From positions 32,001-96,000 of the forward strand of contig JBCBZT010000012.1 of assembly GCA_039815185.1 (NCBI GenBank): a DNA stretch of 64,000 nt, read 5' to 3'. A model generated the notes under the pieces. That model was not told the DNA's origin, did no database searches, and worked only from the letters and a program-made list of their open reading frames with translations. This stretch comes from Cyanobacteria bacterium P01_A01_bin.123 (GTDB lineage Bacteria > Cyanobacteriota > Cyanobacteriia > Phormidesmidales > Phormidesmidaceae). Numbering within the stretch: the stretch's first letter is position 1; each line of letters opens with the position of its first letter. A program made the translations under genes and the position numbers. Below are positions 32,910 through 42,462 of the stretch, piece after piece.

Positions 32910-33854
32910 TCATCCAATCTGGAACTGTTGCCATCCCTGCGACTCATAGCCAAACGTAATTGCCTGGGGATGGAAAATCTCTGCCAAAATTTCCAGCGAA
33001 TCCACCAACCGTGGCCCTGGGCGATTGAAATACTGATTGCCGTCAACCAAATAAACCCGTCGGGTTTTAACCGCTTTGAGGTCATCCCAGTCAGGATGCT
33101 GAATCAACACCGCCATTTCAGTCCGCGTCTTTTCCATGTCATAGCCACAGGGCATGGCGACGATCACATCTGGATTTGCTGCCGTCAACTCTTCCCAAGT
33201 CATCCAGGGGGAATGTTTGCCGACGGTGCCAAAGCAGTTTTGTCCGCCTGCAAGCTGCACTAGCTCAGGCACCCAATTACCTGCGGCCATTAACGGGGCA
33301 ATCCATTCAATACAGGCAACGGTGGGACGGTGTGCCAGCTCCTGGGTCACTGAAACACAGTGTTCAACGCGGCTTTGTAGGGCTGCGATCGCAGTTTCTG
33401 CCACTGCTAGCCCGGCGTCTCCGTCGATCGCCTGGGCAACAGTGCGAATATCGTGCCAAAGATCATTCAGCACTGCGGGTTGAAGCGACAAGACTTTGGG
33501 TGTTTGGGGCACCAGCGTAGCCACCGCCCGCGCAACCTCATCTAAGCTAACGGCACACACCTCACACTGGGCCTGGGTTAACACATGGGTCGGGTTCAGG
33601 GATTTTAGGCGCGCCAGATCGACTGTATAGACACTCAGGGCCGACTGCAACAAGTCGGTGACCCGTTGATGCACCTCCAAACTGCTGCCTTCAGGATTGA
33701 ACTTGGGTGCAGTGCAAATCGGTAACCCTTCAACTCCGGGAGGATAGTCACATTCATGGGAGCGCCCCACTAAGCGATCGCGCCACCCCAAACAATCCAC
33801 AATTTCTGTTGCACTGGGAATTAAAGAAATGATTCGGCAAGCAGAGGCTGTCAT
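32910..33854 (-). CDS. BtuF-like cobalamin/Fe-siderophore-binding family protein
   Basis: RIISLIPSATEI, LVGRSHECDYP and YFNRPGPRL motifs; no obvious signal peptide. Confidence 0.85.
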   Translation of the reverse strand: MTASACRIISLIPSATEIVDCLGWRDRLVGRSHECDYPPGVEGLPICTAPKFNPEGSSLEVHQRVTDLLQSALSVYTVDLARLKSLNPTHVLTQAQCEVCAVSLDEVARAVATLVPQTPKVLSLQPAVLNDLWHDIRTVAQAIDGDAGLAVAETAIAALQSRVEHCVSVTQELAHRPTVACIEWIAPLMAAGNWVPELVQLAGGQNCFGTVGKHSPWMTWEELTAANPDVIVAMPCGYDMEKTRTEMAVLIQHPDWDDLKAVKTRRVYLVDGNQYFNRPGPRLVDSLEILAEIFHPQAITFGYESQGWQQFQIG

Positions 33855-34015
33855 AACAGAGCAATCAGTGGGCAAAGGTGTGTGATCTAGTGAAATAGGC
33901 AGAGATTTACCCTAAACTTAACCGAATTAAGCAAAGCTATTGCATTGATCCCCAATGGCACTAGAATGTAGAGCCTGATATCGCAAGCGTAATTCGTTTT
34001 TGGTGCAATACCGTT

Positions 34016-34999
34016 ATGGCCTATATCGTTGCAACTACCAACATGAAGGGGGGCGTTGGCAAAACGACGCTGACGGTTAACCTTGCCGCATGTCTTGCCA
34101 AGAATCACCAAAAGCGAGTGCTGGTCGTGGACCTCGACACTCAAATCAGCGCTACCTTGAGTCTGATGTCACCCCCAGACTTTGCCAAACGGCGCAAAGA
34201 GAAACGAACCCTGCGTCACTTGTTTAACCAGGTTCTCTATCCTGATAAGTATGCCCTGCGGCCAAAGTCTGAAGTCATTCGACCCAGTATCCCTGATGCG
34301 CCGTCAACAGCCCCTGCAATTGTGACTTATCTGGGCAATGTCAAAGGGTTAGACTTGTTGCCCGGCGACATCGAACTCTATGACGAATTCTTAGTCTCCC
34401 AATTAATTCACGAAAAGACCAATGCCCTCGGCAGTGCTGGAGATTTTGAGCAGACTTGGAATCAGCTGGAGCACAAGCTGGTACGCTCGATCTTAGCCCC
34501 GATTATGGATGACTATGATTTCATCATTCTTGATTGTGCACCGGGATACAACCTGCTGACTCGCAGTGGCCTGTTGGCAAGCGACTATTACCTTTTGCCC
34601 GCGCGGCCAGAGCCCCTCTCTGTGATTGGCATTCAACTATTGCAGCGCCGGATTGAACAATTGCGCCTCAACCACAAAAATGACCCTGGCGACAGCATGG
34701 AGTTGTTGGGCATTATCTTCACCATGGCAGGCAACCTTTTGACCGGTCGCTATTACCGCAAGGTGGTAGATCGGGTCCGCGAAGAATACAGTGGGGAAAA
34801 GCTATTTAAGACTAAGGTACCGATGGATGTGCGTGTGGCTAAAGCGGTAGATAGCTATCTGCCGGTCACCTTGACCGATCCAGAGGCAACGGCTTCAAAA
34901 GCGATCGCTCAACTCACCCGAGAATTTCTGCATAAGGTACAGATAGCCTTGGGCAGCAAATCTCAAAAGTCAAAACTGAGCCTAGCAGAACTTGAGTGA
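34016..34999 (+). CDS. ParA/Soj family ATPase (orphan)
   Basis: KGGVGKTT deviant Walker A, DLDTQ and ILDCAP; no parB adjacent. Confidence 0.92.
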   Translation: MAYIVATTNMKGGVGKTTLTVNLAACLAKNHQKRVLVVDLDTQISATLSLMSPPDFAKRRKEKRTLRHLFNQVLYPDKYALRPKSEVIRPSIPDAPSTAPAIVTYLGNVKGLDLLPGDIELYDEFLVSQLIHEKTNALGSAGDFEQTWNQLEHKLVRSILAPIMDDYDFIILDCAPGYNLLTRSGLLASDYYLLPARPEPLSVIGIQLLQRRIEQLRLNHKNDPGDSMELLGIIFTMAGNLLTGRYYRKVVDRVREEYSGEKLFKTKVPMDVRVAKAVDSYLPVTLTDPEATASKAIAQLTREFLHKVQIALGSKSQKSKLSLAELE

Positions 35000-35068
35000 G
35001 CACATTTCACGTTTTTCAGGCAGAATAGCCATAAGGGAAACTACGTACGCATTTGTGCGAGGGAAATT

Positions 35069-35263
35069 ATGGGTCTTTATCGTAATCATGACACGCTAGA
35101 AGAGGGGCCACGGATTCAGTGGTTCTCCTGGATTAAAATGGTGATTGCCTTATTAGTCGTCGGGTATTTCGTCGCTCAAATTCGCGGCAGAATGGCAAAT
35201 GATCCCAATCTGCGATTGGATGAAGGTGAGGAAGTCAGCCAAGTTCTCCCAACTGAATTGTAG
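35069..35263 (+). CDS. Small membrane hypothetical protein
   Basis: 64 aa with one hydrophobic helix; GAGG upstream. Confidence 0.6.
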   Translation: MGLYRNHDTLEEGPRIQWFSWIKMVIALLVVGYFVAQIRGRMANDPNLRLDEGEEVSQVLPTEL

Positions 35264-35300
35264 AAATATACGGGTATAGTGGGCTCCAACCCTTTATGAG

Positions 35301-35654
35301 TTAGTTGATTGTGGTGATGGTGACAACGTTGCCTTCAGAATCGACTTTGCAAGACCCATAGTCCGTTTCGCTAACCTGCCAAAGCAGCAAGAAAGTGCCG
35401 TCCTCCATCAACGTGGAAGAGGTTATATTAATTTGCTTGCCGAGTTCTTTTTCTAACGCCGTTTGACATCCTGTTATAGCCGTTTCAAAGCTGGGTTCAA
35501 CCGGGTCAGCTTCAGCAGTTGGGGGCGAGGACGCCAACGTATCCCTAGCAGCAGGTCGAGCTGTTTGGCCTGACGTTTCCGGCTGTTGGCAAGCATTGAC
35601 GCCCACTAGGGAAAGGGCAACTAAGCCCAAGAATACACATAAAACACGCGGCAT
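35301..35654 (-). CDS. Hypothetical lipoprotein
   Basis: Signal peptide ending VNAC (lipobox-like); Pro/Ala linker; two Cys. Confidence 0.7.
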   Translation of the reverse strand: MPRVLCVFLGLVALSLVGVNACQQPETSGQTARPAARDTLASSPPTAEADPVEPSFETAITGCQTALEKELGKQINITSSTLMEDGTFLLLWQVSETDYGSCKVDSEGNVVTITTIN

Positions 35655-35773
35655 GGCGGTTACGGCTACGGGATAGATTAGAGCTTGAATGACTCAAACG
35701 GTTTATATAGTGTTCCGAAGCGGGCTAACTGGATCTGGAAAGAAGTATCGCCCACAAGCCATTGTGTAGGGGT

Positions 35774-36010
35774 TTAGTGTTTGGCGTGATTGCTATATTG
35801 CCCGTGGACGCTGACGCCATAGGGAACCAGATAAGTGAGTAGGGCAGAAATCCAGCGATCGCGGTTCATATTACCCGCCATTAAGGCACTCCCGTGGTTA
35901 ATCAGTAGCAGCATGGAACCGACTACCAGAGATACTTTGACCCCGGTGCTGACAAAAGCCGGATTGCCTAATGCGGCGAGATAACCTTGAACAAACTGAA
36001 TCTGTTTCAT
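35774..36010 (-). CDS. nrtS: Nitrate/nitrite transporter NrtS-family small membrane protein
   Basis: KVSLVVGSMLLLINHG and LLTYLVPYGVS.HG signature. Confidence 0.82.
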   Translation of the reverse strand: MKQIQFVQGYLAALGNPAFVSTGVKVSLVVGSMLLLINHGSALMAGNMNRDRWISALLTYLVPYGVSVHGQYSNHAKH

Positions 36011-36720
36011 ACTGTTGCCAGGTTTAAGTCCACAATGTCGCAGCCTGGTTGTAGGTGAAAGGTCTGCAACCCAACTTGCTGGGCCCCTTCGATGTGCTGG
36101 CGCGTATCTTCGATGAACAAGGTGCGGCTAGGGTTGAGATTGTGATTTGCAATCACCGTCTGAAAAATGCTGGGCTTGGGTTTGCGATCGCCCATCAGAT
36201 GCGAATAGTAGACTTGTTCAAATAGATCAGCTAAATCGGAGATTCGATCGCCGTGAGCCGCTGCAAAAATGGCGTCAAACTTGGCTTTGTGGATCCTATT
36301 GGTATTGGACAGTAAAAAGATCCGTTTGTGCTGCCTTAGGACTTGCAGCAGGTCAATGCGCGATCGCGGAATGTCAAGCAACATTGCATTCCAGGCATCA
36401 TCAATGGCCTCGTCGGTAGCCGTATTGATATTGAGTAATTGACGCAGCCCGTGGCGAAAGGCATCGGCACTGATTTGCCCTGTTTCAAACTGATCAAATA
36501 GGGGGGCTTGGCGGTGTTGGGTGTAAAGCAATCGCACGTCAAACCCGCACAGACGGCTAAAGGCGTCTAGCGTATTTTCATAGCGAATATTGATGATCAC
36601 GCCGCCGAGATCAAAAATAACGTTGTCGAAGGTTTTGGGGTCGGGGGGTTTGGGGTTTGGAGTTTGGGGTTTGGGCAAAGGAGGTTCGGTAGCAATAGAT
36701 TGGGATTTGAGGGTACCCAT
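36007..36720 (-). CDS. HAD-family phosphatase (YihX-like)
   Basis: IFDLGGV, LLSNTN, RKPKP.IF and FIED motifs. Confidence 0.9.
   Translation of the reverse strand: MGTLKSQSIATEPPLPKPQTPNPKPPDPKTFDNVIFDLGGVIINIRYENTLDAFSRLCGFDVRLLYTQHRQAPLFDQFETGQISADAFRHGLRQLLNINTATDEAIDDAWNAMLLDIPRSRIDLLQVLRQHKRIFLLSNTNRIHKAKFDAIFAAAHGDRISDLADLFEQVYYSHLMGDRKPKPSIFQTVIANHNLNPSRTLFIEDTRQHIEGAQQVGLQTFHLQPGCDIVDLNLATV
36634..36676. repeat. Heptameric STRR-like tandem repeat (TTTGGGG)n inside the HAD gene 5' end
   Basis: About 6 imperfect units, encoding PKPQTPNPKPPDPK. Confidence 0.75.
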
Positions 36721-36794
36721 AGTGATACCAGACAGTTATTAACAGGAACGATTAGAATAGGCGCAATCTCTCCACCAGCTAGGATTGTGCAGTT

Positions 36795-38975
36795 GTGCTC
36801 TCTCCCTTAGATCCTTCCTTTGATTATTCCCAGGGGATGTCCCCCAATGCAAGCCAAAATATAAGCCCAGATACTGGGCTACAAGTAAAAGCCAACCGCG
36901 TCCCTGGTCCCGATCAGTTTTTAGTGTGCGGGTTAGGGAGTCTAGGGCAGCACTGCGTTGCCAACCTAAAAACCTTTGGTGTTCAAGTTAGCGCCATTGA
37001 GCTGGCGAAGCCCGACTATTGGGAAGTGTCCGACCTGCCGGAACTCCTAGAAACCCTATTGATTGGCGACTGTTGCCGGGGCGATGTCTTGCTGAAAGCT
37101 GGGGTTGAGCGTTGCCGCGCCATCTTGCTGGTAACTGATAATCAGCGGGTCAATCTAGAAGCGGCGTTAACTGCACGGGTGCTCAATCCCCATATTCGCT
37201 TGGTGGTGCGTTCTGACAAGCAAAATCTTAACCGAGTGTTGGGGTCACAACTGGATAATTTTGTTGCCTTTGAACCCTCCCAGCTGAGTGCCTCTGCCTT
37301 TGCCTTGGCTGCTGCCGGAGAAAACTTGGTGGGGTATTTTCAGCTAGGCGGCTATCGATTTAAGGTCATCAGACGTCGCATCGGTCAGGAGCACCGATGG
37401 TGCAATCGCCGCCAGCTCAACGAAATTGACAATCGCACGCGCCGCCTACTACGCCACTTTGCAGCCCATCCTGACGGACTAAGCCCGACACAGATTAGCG
37501 AGTCGATCGACCCCTCCAGCGCCTCGGCCCAGTTTTATACTTGGTTGCCCAACACCACGGTGCGGGCAGGGGATACGGTGATTACCTTAGAGGTAGAGCC
37601 AGCGCGAATGCCACTGAGCAACCCGGTGGGGAATAAAGGGCTGCGATCGCACTCAATGAGCCCACTCAAAACCCTACAAAATTGGCAAGAATGGCCTAAA
37701 GCGATCGCCGATTTTTGGCGTGTGAGCTATGGTCAGCAAATTCGCCGGGTTGCGATTTTGTGCAGCCTGACCATCTTTGCCTTGGTTCTAATCGGCACTG
37801 GGCTGTTTTGGCTATATTCTCCCGATATTTCCTTACCCGATGCCTTTTATGTCACGGTAACCCTCTTGCTGGGGGGCTTTGGTGATGTTTTCAGCGAAGT
37901 TACCCCCTCGCTGACTTACCCCTGGTGGTTGCGATTATTTAGCCTCAGCTTGACCCTGGCCGGTACTGCCTTTATCGGCGTTATTTACGCTCTGCTAACC
38001 GAGAAACTGCTGGCTCTAAAGTTCCAGTTTTTGGCGCGTCGTCCCCCCGTTCCCCAGCGGCAGCATGTGGTCGTCATTGGCCTGGGGAATGTCGGTCGGC
38101 GGGTGATGGGCATTTTGCAAGAGCTCCAACAGCAGGCTGTTGCGATTACCCACCACGACGTTGAAGCCGAAATCTTGCCCCAAATGCCAATTATCGTCGG
38201 TGAAACAACCACTGCCCTTGAGCAGGCGAACCTCAGTCAGGCTAGAAGCGTCATTGCCGTGGGCGAAGACGAAATTCAAAATCTAGAAGTTGGGTTGATG
38301 GCTTACCGAGCTAACTCCAACTGTCGCTTGATCATTCGCACTTATGACCAGCGCTTTAGTGATAAGGTGGCCCAACTGTTTCCTTATGCACGGGTATTAT
38401 GTGCCTCAGCTCTGTCAGCAGAAGCTTTTGCTGGGGCTGCTTTTGGTGAAAGTGTGGTGAGCTTGTTCCCGCTGTATAACCAGACGATTTTGGTGACCCA
38501 ATACACCATCGAAACCGGGGACACACTCGATCGGTTACTGCTGTCCGAAGTGGCCTATGGGTATGGGGTCGTGCCTATTCTCTATCAACATCCGGGGGAT
38601 TCCGATGCACTGATGCCCTCTGATGATCTGCGACTACAAGACGGCGATCGCCTGTTAGTTCTCGCCACGATTCGCGGTCTGCGGCGGATTGAACAGGGTA
38701 AACGGGTTGTTCAGCAATGGCAGGTTGCCATCGACAAAGCGCTCACCCAGGACGCCCAGTTTGATGGCGCATCCGAGATTGCCTGCGTATCAGGATGCGA
38801 TATTAGCGAAGCCCGTAGCTTTATGAAAAGTCTGCCAGGTACCTTTCCCCACAAGCTCTATCGCCACCAAGCCTTGCGATTGGTACGACAGTTGCTCCGG
38901 CGGCAGGTGCAAGCGCGCGTTATTCCCCTAGAAGATATCACCGTGTTTCAACCCCGCAAATTTCCTGGCTTGTAG
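36795..38975 (+). CDS. TrkA/RCK-domain potassium-channel-like protein
   Basis: Two Rossmann motifs (CGLGSLG and IGLGNVG) flank a TM-pore-TM segment with LLGGFGD. Confidence 0.85.
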   Translation: MLSPLDPSFDYSQGMSPNASQNISPDTGLQVKANRVPGPDQFLVCGLGSLGQHCVANLKTFGVQVSAIELAKPDYWEVSDLPELLETLLIGDCCRGDVLLKAGVERCRAILLVTDNQRVNLEAALTARVLNPHIRLVVRSDKQNLNRVLGSQLDNFVAFEPSQLSASAFALAAAGENLVGYFQLGGYRFKVIRRRIGQEHRWCNRRQLNEIDNRTRRLLRHFAAHPDGLSPTQISESIDPSSASAQFYTWLPNTTVRAGDTVITLEVEPARMPLSNPVGNKGLRSHSMSPLKTLQNWQEWPKAIADFWRVSYGQQIRRVAILCSLTIFALVLIGTGLFWLYSPDISLPDAFYVTVTLLLGGFGDVFSEVTPSLTYPWWLRLFSLSLTLAGTAFIGVIYALLTEKLLALKFQFLARRPPVPQRQHVVVIGLGNVGRRVMGILQELQQQAVAITHHDVEAEILPQMPIIVGETTTALEQANLSQARSVIAVGEDEIQNLEVGLMAYRANSNCRLIIRTYDQRFSDKVAQLFPYARVLCASALSAEAFAGAAFGESVVSLFPLYNQTILVTQYTIETGDTLDRLLLSEVAYGYGVVPILYQHPGDSDALMPSDDLRLQDGDRLLVLATIRGLRRIEQGKRVVQQWQVAIDKALTQDAQFDGASEIACVSGCDISEARSFMKSLPGTFPHKLYRHQALRLVRQLLRRQVQARVIPLEDITVFQPRKFPGL

Positions 38976-39688
38976 CTGCTAACTACTCGTCCAGCACAGC
39001 GAATTTGACTGTGATAGGTTTGGCTGATTGGGTCACTCAGATCCCAAATGGAATCGATCCCAATCCCATTGCGGCCTTGGTCTTTGCCTGAACTATGGAT
39101 ATAGCGGCCTGCCCCGAAATAAAGGGCAACGTGGGTCGTTTTCTCTGGGGTACCGAAGAAGATTAAATCGCCGGGTTGCAGGGCGATCAAGTCCATCCGC
39201 TGGGTAAAGGCTTCTTGTTGGTAGGCGTCGCGGGGCAACCGGATGCCTGCGCTGGCAAAGGCTGCTTGTACTAACCCAGAACAGTCAAAGTTGGGGGCTA
39301 CGGTGCCTCCCCACAAATATTCATTGGGTTGGGTCATGGCCCGTTGGGCATAGGCGATCGCTTGGGGTAAGCATTGTTGAATCGCTTCTGCTGTCAATAC
39401 TGGGGCTGCATAGGGTTGGGTTGCTGGGGCAAGGTGAGGCAAATCTGCGATCGCCAGCCAACCCCCATAGTCATCGTCACAAAGCTGTACCTGAACTGCG
39501 GATGAGTCAGCTGTCGGTAAGGCCAGAAAACGTAGATGGCGACCTTGGGCGGCTTGCGTAACGAGGCTGGTGCAGGCTTCAGATTTATAGAAATTCAGCG
39601 ATCGCAGACAGACATGCTCCTCAGGGGAATGCGCCCTAGATAGTTGAGGAACGGTGAGGTTGCGCTGGATTCTATCAGGACTGACCAT
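38948..39688 (-). CDS. NlpC/P60 (C40) cell-wall peptidase
   Basis: YLWGG...FDCSGL, LPRDA.QQ, PGDLIFF, HVALY and YIHSS. Confidence 0.92.
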   Translation of the reverse strand: MVSPDRIQRNLTVPQLSRAHSPEEHVCLRSLNFYKSEACTSLVTQAAQGRHLRFLALPTADSSAVQVQLCDDDYGGWLAIADLPHLAPATQPYAAPVLTAEAIQQCLPQAIAYAQRAMTQPNEYLWGGTVAPNFDCSGLVQAAFASAGIRLPRDAYQQEAFTQRMDLIALQPGDLIFFGTPEKTTHVALYFGAGRYIHSSGKDQGRNGIGIDSIWDLSDPISQTYHSQIRCAGRVVSSYKPGNLRG

Positions 39689-39706
39689 AGTATTTCCTTC
39701 TAATTC

Positions 39707-41065
39707 CTAAGCGCCGCTGAGCCGCTGATAGGCTGTAGCCAACCCCGCTTCATCCCCGACGTTGCCTGGAAATAGCACCACGGGCAGATTGGGAAACTGG
39801 GCATGGTTATCTGGCGTTCGCACGATTGAAACCCCCGGCAAAATTTGCCCCAGCAGTCGAGCGGTCCGCAAGGCTAACCCCTGACTGAGGGTATCGTTTG
39901 AGGTAATCCCCCCCTTGCTGATCAAAAAACCAATGTCGGTGGGCAATCCCTTTTCAATCTCCATCAGCAGGGCTGAAACGCGGATGCCAAACGCGAGGCG
40001 GGTTTGAATATCGTCAAAGGTAAGTTCTTTCCGGCTGGTGTAGACCACCGGGGTTTTACCTGCGGCGTGGACTTGATGCACCTGAGCTAAGGTTTCTTGC
40101 AATAACTTTTGATATGGGTCTGCGTCATCTGCTTTGCCGCCATTGGAGGACTGGGGCTGATCCCTAGTCTGCAACCGAGCCACGTCAACTTCAAGCCCAA
40201 CCACGCTGGGCAGTTGCAGCAGGGTGTTTAACTGCTGGGTAGTTTTTTTCACGTGGGAGCCGACAATAATAGCGCCGGGTTTGCTGTCGCGGGTGTATTG
40301 GGCCATGGCCTCGGCTGCCACGGGTTGTGGCGGTAGAGCTGCTAGAGCGGTCAAAATACTGGCAGCACTGCGAAACAAAAATTTCTTGCCTTGGGCAGCG
40401 GCGTTCAGCAAATCTTGGGCAAAGCGATTTAGATCCGCTTGGGTTTCGCCATCGACGGCGACGCAAACATTGTTTTGGAGCTGCATTAAGCGGTTCAAAC
40501 AGCCTGACCGTAAGTCTGCCAGCAAAAACCGTTCCACTTGGCTGGCTGCAATTCGGCCTTGCGTCTTCTCTTCGACATAATCGGGTAGGTAGCTGGTGCT
40601 GTAGCCAAACACTGAATCTTTGGCAAATTCGGTGTTATGAACCGGAACATCCTGGCCATCAACCTTGAGATAGTGCACGCTATCACGGGTCACCCGTCCC
40701 CCTTCAAAGAAGGCAGGGACTAAAAAGTGGGCATCAAATGGGCCAAGCTCTTCTGCGATCGCGTCTGTTTCAATCGGGTAATGTCCCCGTAGGGTTGAGT
40801 CTGAGCGACTAACCACTAAATAATCTTGGATGCCTTCTAGGGCGATCGCTTGCTTGAGGTTGTGACAGACTTCCCGCGTCGTGATATCGGCAACCTCAGC
40901 CGGTAAGGCACGGGTATTGGTCAAGATAAAAAAGATGGGCGATTCGTCTTTTAACCCCAGCTGCAGCGTTGCTACATCCCAAGCCATCAGTAGCAAACAG
41001 CCGTGTACGGTTTGCGACCCAGTGGGATCATCATCTAATACGATAATTTTGGGTTTAGAAGACAT
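39707..41065 (-). CDS. Four-carbon acid sugar kinase family protein (DUF1537)
   Basis: VLDDDPTG, SRSDSTLRGH, KGGITS and FPGNVG motifs. Confidence 0.9.
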   Translation of the reverse strand: MSSKPKIIVLDDDPTGSQTVHGCLLLMAWDVATLQLGLKDESPIFFILTNTRALPAEVADITTREVCHNLKQAIALEGIQDYLVVSRSDSTLRGHYPIETDAIAEELGPFDAHFLVPAFFEGGRVTRDSVHYLKVDGQDVPVHNTEFAKDSVFGYSTSYLPDYVEEKTQGRIAASQVERFLLADLRSGCLNRLMQLQNNVCVAVDGETQADLNRFAQDLLNAAAQGKKFLFRSAASILTALAALPPQPVAAEAMAQYTRDSKPGAIIVGSHVKKTTQQLNTLLQLPSVVGLEVDVARLQTRDQPQSSNGGKADDADPYQKLLQETLAQVHQVHAAGKTPVVYTSRKELTFDDIQTRLAFGIRVSALLMEIEKGLPTDIGFLISKGGITSNDTLSQGLALRTARLLGQILPGVSIVRTPDNHAQFPNLPVVLFPGNVGDEAGLATAYQRLSGA

Positions 41066-41155
41066 TCAAGGCACAGCCAAAACCTTCGTATGCACATTAC
41101 CATTTTGCAGGCGCGTTCAGATTTATGGGGCTGCCAGTACCCTGCCCATCACGAT

Positions 41156-41183
41156 TGAACCGCCCCAATATTGGGGCGGTTCA
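41156..41183. terminator. Perfect 28-bp palindrome; terminator-like, with a T-rich tail on the + strand
   Basis: TGAACCGCCCCAATATTGGGGCGGTTCA followed by GGTTTTGATTTGGTTTT. Confidence 0.55.
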
Positions 41184-41302
41184 GGTTTTGATTTGGTTTT
41201 GATTTATAGATAATGACTGATCAAAGCAGAACGCCTTTGAGTGAGTGCTTCGAGATTATGACGTCCTTCTGGATAGGCACAACGACGATTCAAACAATCT
41301 GG

Positions 41303-41509
41303 TTACAGCAGCAACAACATCACCACCAGCAACAAGATCCCCATCACGCCGACACCAAACGGTCCTATCGGTTGGTAGCCATCTAATTCAAACCGAAAAC
41401 GACAGTTGAGGCAGGCGTAGGTGGTCGGGTCAATTTGAACCACGGATTTATGACTGCAATGGGGGCAGTCAATCGGCGCATGGGGCTGATGAGGGTCATA
41501 GGGATACGT
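41303..41509 (-). CDS. Unannotated 68-aa zinc-ribbon protein with C-terminal TM helix; apparent ACG start
   Basis: Manual translation: TYPYDPHQPHAPIDCPHCSHKSVVQIDPTTYACLNCRFRFELDGYQPIGPFGVGVMGILLLVVMLLLL*. AGGAG (41521-41517) lies 7 nt before the ACG. Absent from the ORF track. Confidence 0.7.
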   Translation of the reverse strand, partial: TYPYDPHQPHAPIDCPHCSHKSVVQIDPTTYACLNCRFRFELDGYQPIGPFGVGVMGILLLVVMLLLL

Positions 41510-41992
41510 AACAAAACTCCTAAAGCATCAACAACCAGACGGTCACAACCCATATAAATGGGGGTAAATTGCATGTATGACATTTATACATACAATTTAT
41601 ATATAAAACAAAAAAACTACATACACAAGATCTCTAGCAAAAATCACCGAATGATTTGTCATTTCAAGACATTGTGAAGTTTTCTTCAGGCTATGTCGCC
41701 ATACAGATTGGGTATGATTGTATATATGGCTAAGCCCGTTAGGCATTTCTCTCGAATGTGCCTAATAGTTTGACTGGATTGGGGCTGAGGGGTAGCGCTG
41801 CGTGTCTTCGAGCGATCGTGCTCCATGCCGCTGTCAGCGATTGCATGTTCTAACGTCATAGATGTATAGACATGTATTTACAAGCTAGCCCCATTTGATA
41901 GGATGAAGGTTCGGAGGTTCTCAAGCTGTCTAATGCTATGCCGTTAGAACAGTTGGGGCCGTTTTGTGCGTGTGTGTTGAGTACCTTTTGTA

Positions 41993-42397
41993 ATGAGTAG
42001 TAAGAAGTTGTATAGCTTTCGGTTGCCCATCGATTTAGTCGATCAGCTGCGAGAACAGGCAGATCAACTAAATACCTCTGTCACCCAGATCGTAGTTCAG
42101 TTTATGGAGCAGGGGTTAAAGGGGGGCGTGGGCGATCGCCTCAAGTCCCTAGAAGAAGAAATCCGCGAAATGAAAGCGCGACAGCTGGCAGCGACCCAGA
42201 AGAATGGTGAAACTCCTCAGGCATACCAGGTTCGCCGGGCAGATCACCATCCCCCAGAGGGTTTTACAGAAGGCTTTTCAGAAGGGTTGCCAGGAGAGTT
42301 ATCTGAGTCAGAACCGTCTCCTGCTCAGTTAAAGCACGAGGTCAATAGCATCCGAGCCGAGTTAAATTCTTTGAAGGAAATCTTAAAAGCCCGTTAA
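41993..42397 (+). CDS. Ribbon-helix-helix (CopG/Arc-like) DNA-binding protein with coiled-coil C-terminus
   Basis: KKLYSFRLPIDLVDQLREQADQLNTSVTQIVVQFMEQGL fits an RHH pattern. Confidence 0.75.
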   Translation: MSSKKLYSFRLPIDLVDQLREQADQLNTSVTQIVVQFMEQGLKGGVGDRLKSLEEEIREMKARQLAATQKNGETPQAYQVRRADHHPPEGFTEGFSEGLPGELSESEPSPAQLKHEVNSIRAELNSLKEILKAR

Positions 42398-42462
42398 AGC
42401 GCTGGCGTACACAGTTAGAATCGGTCAACTTTCTAACTGTCCGCGTCTACGGGTTTTCTACC

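Noticed and set aside
34016..34999. Plasmid or island partition locus
   Set aside because: No parB, parS-like repeats or rep gene; it is flanked by ordinary chromosomal genes.
41383..41583. 66-aa minus-strand ORF from the ORF track
   Set aside because: It has no recognisable features, whereas the overlapping frame 41303-41509 has CxxC pairs, a TM helix and a well-spaced SD.
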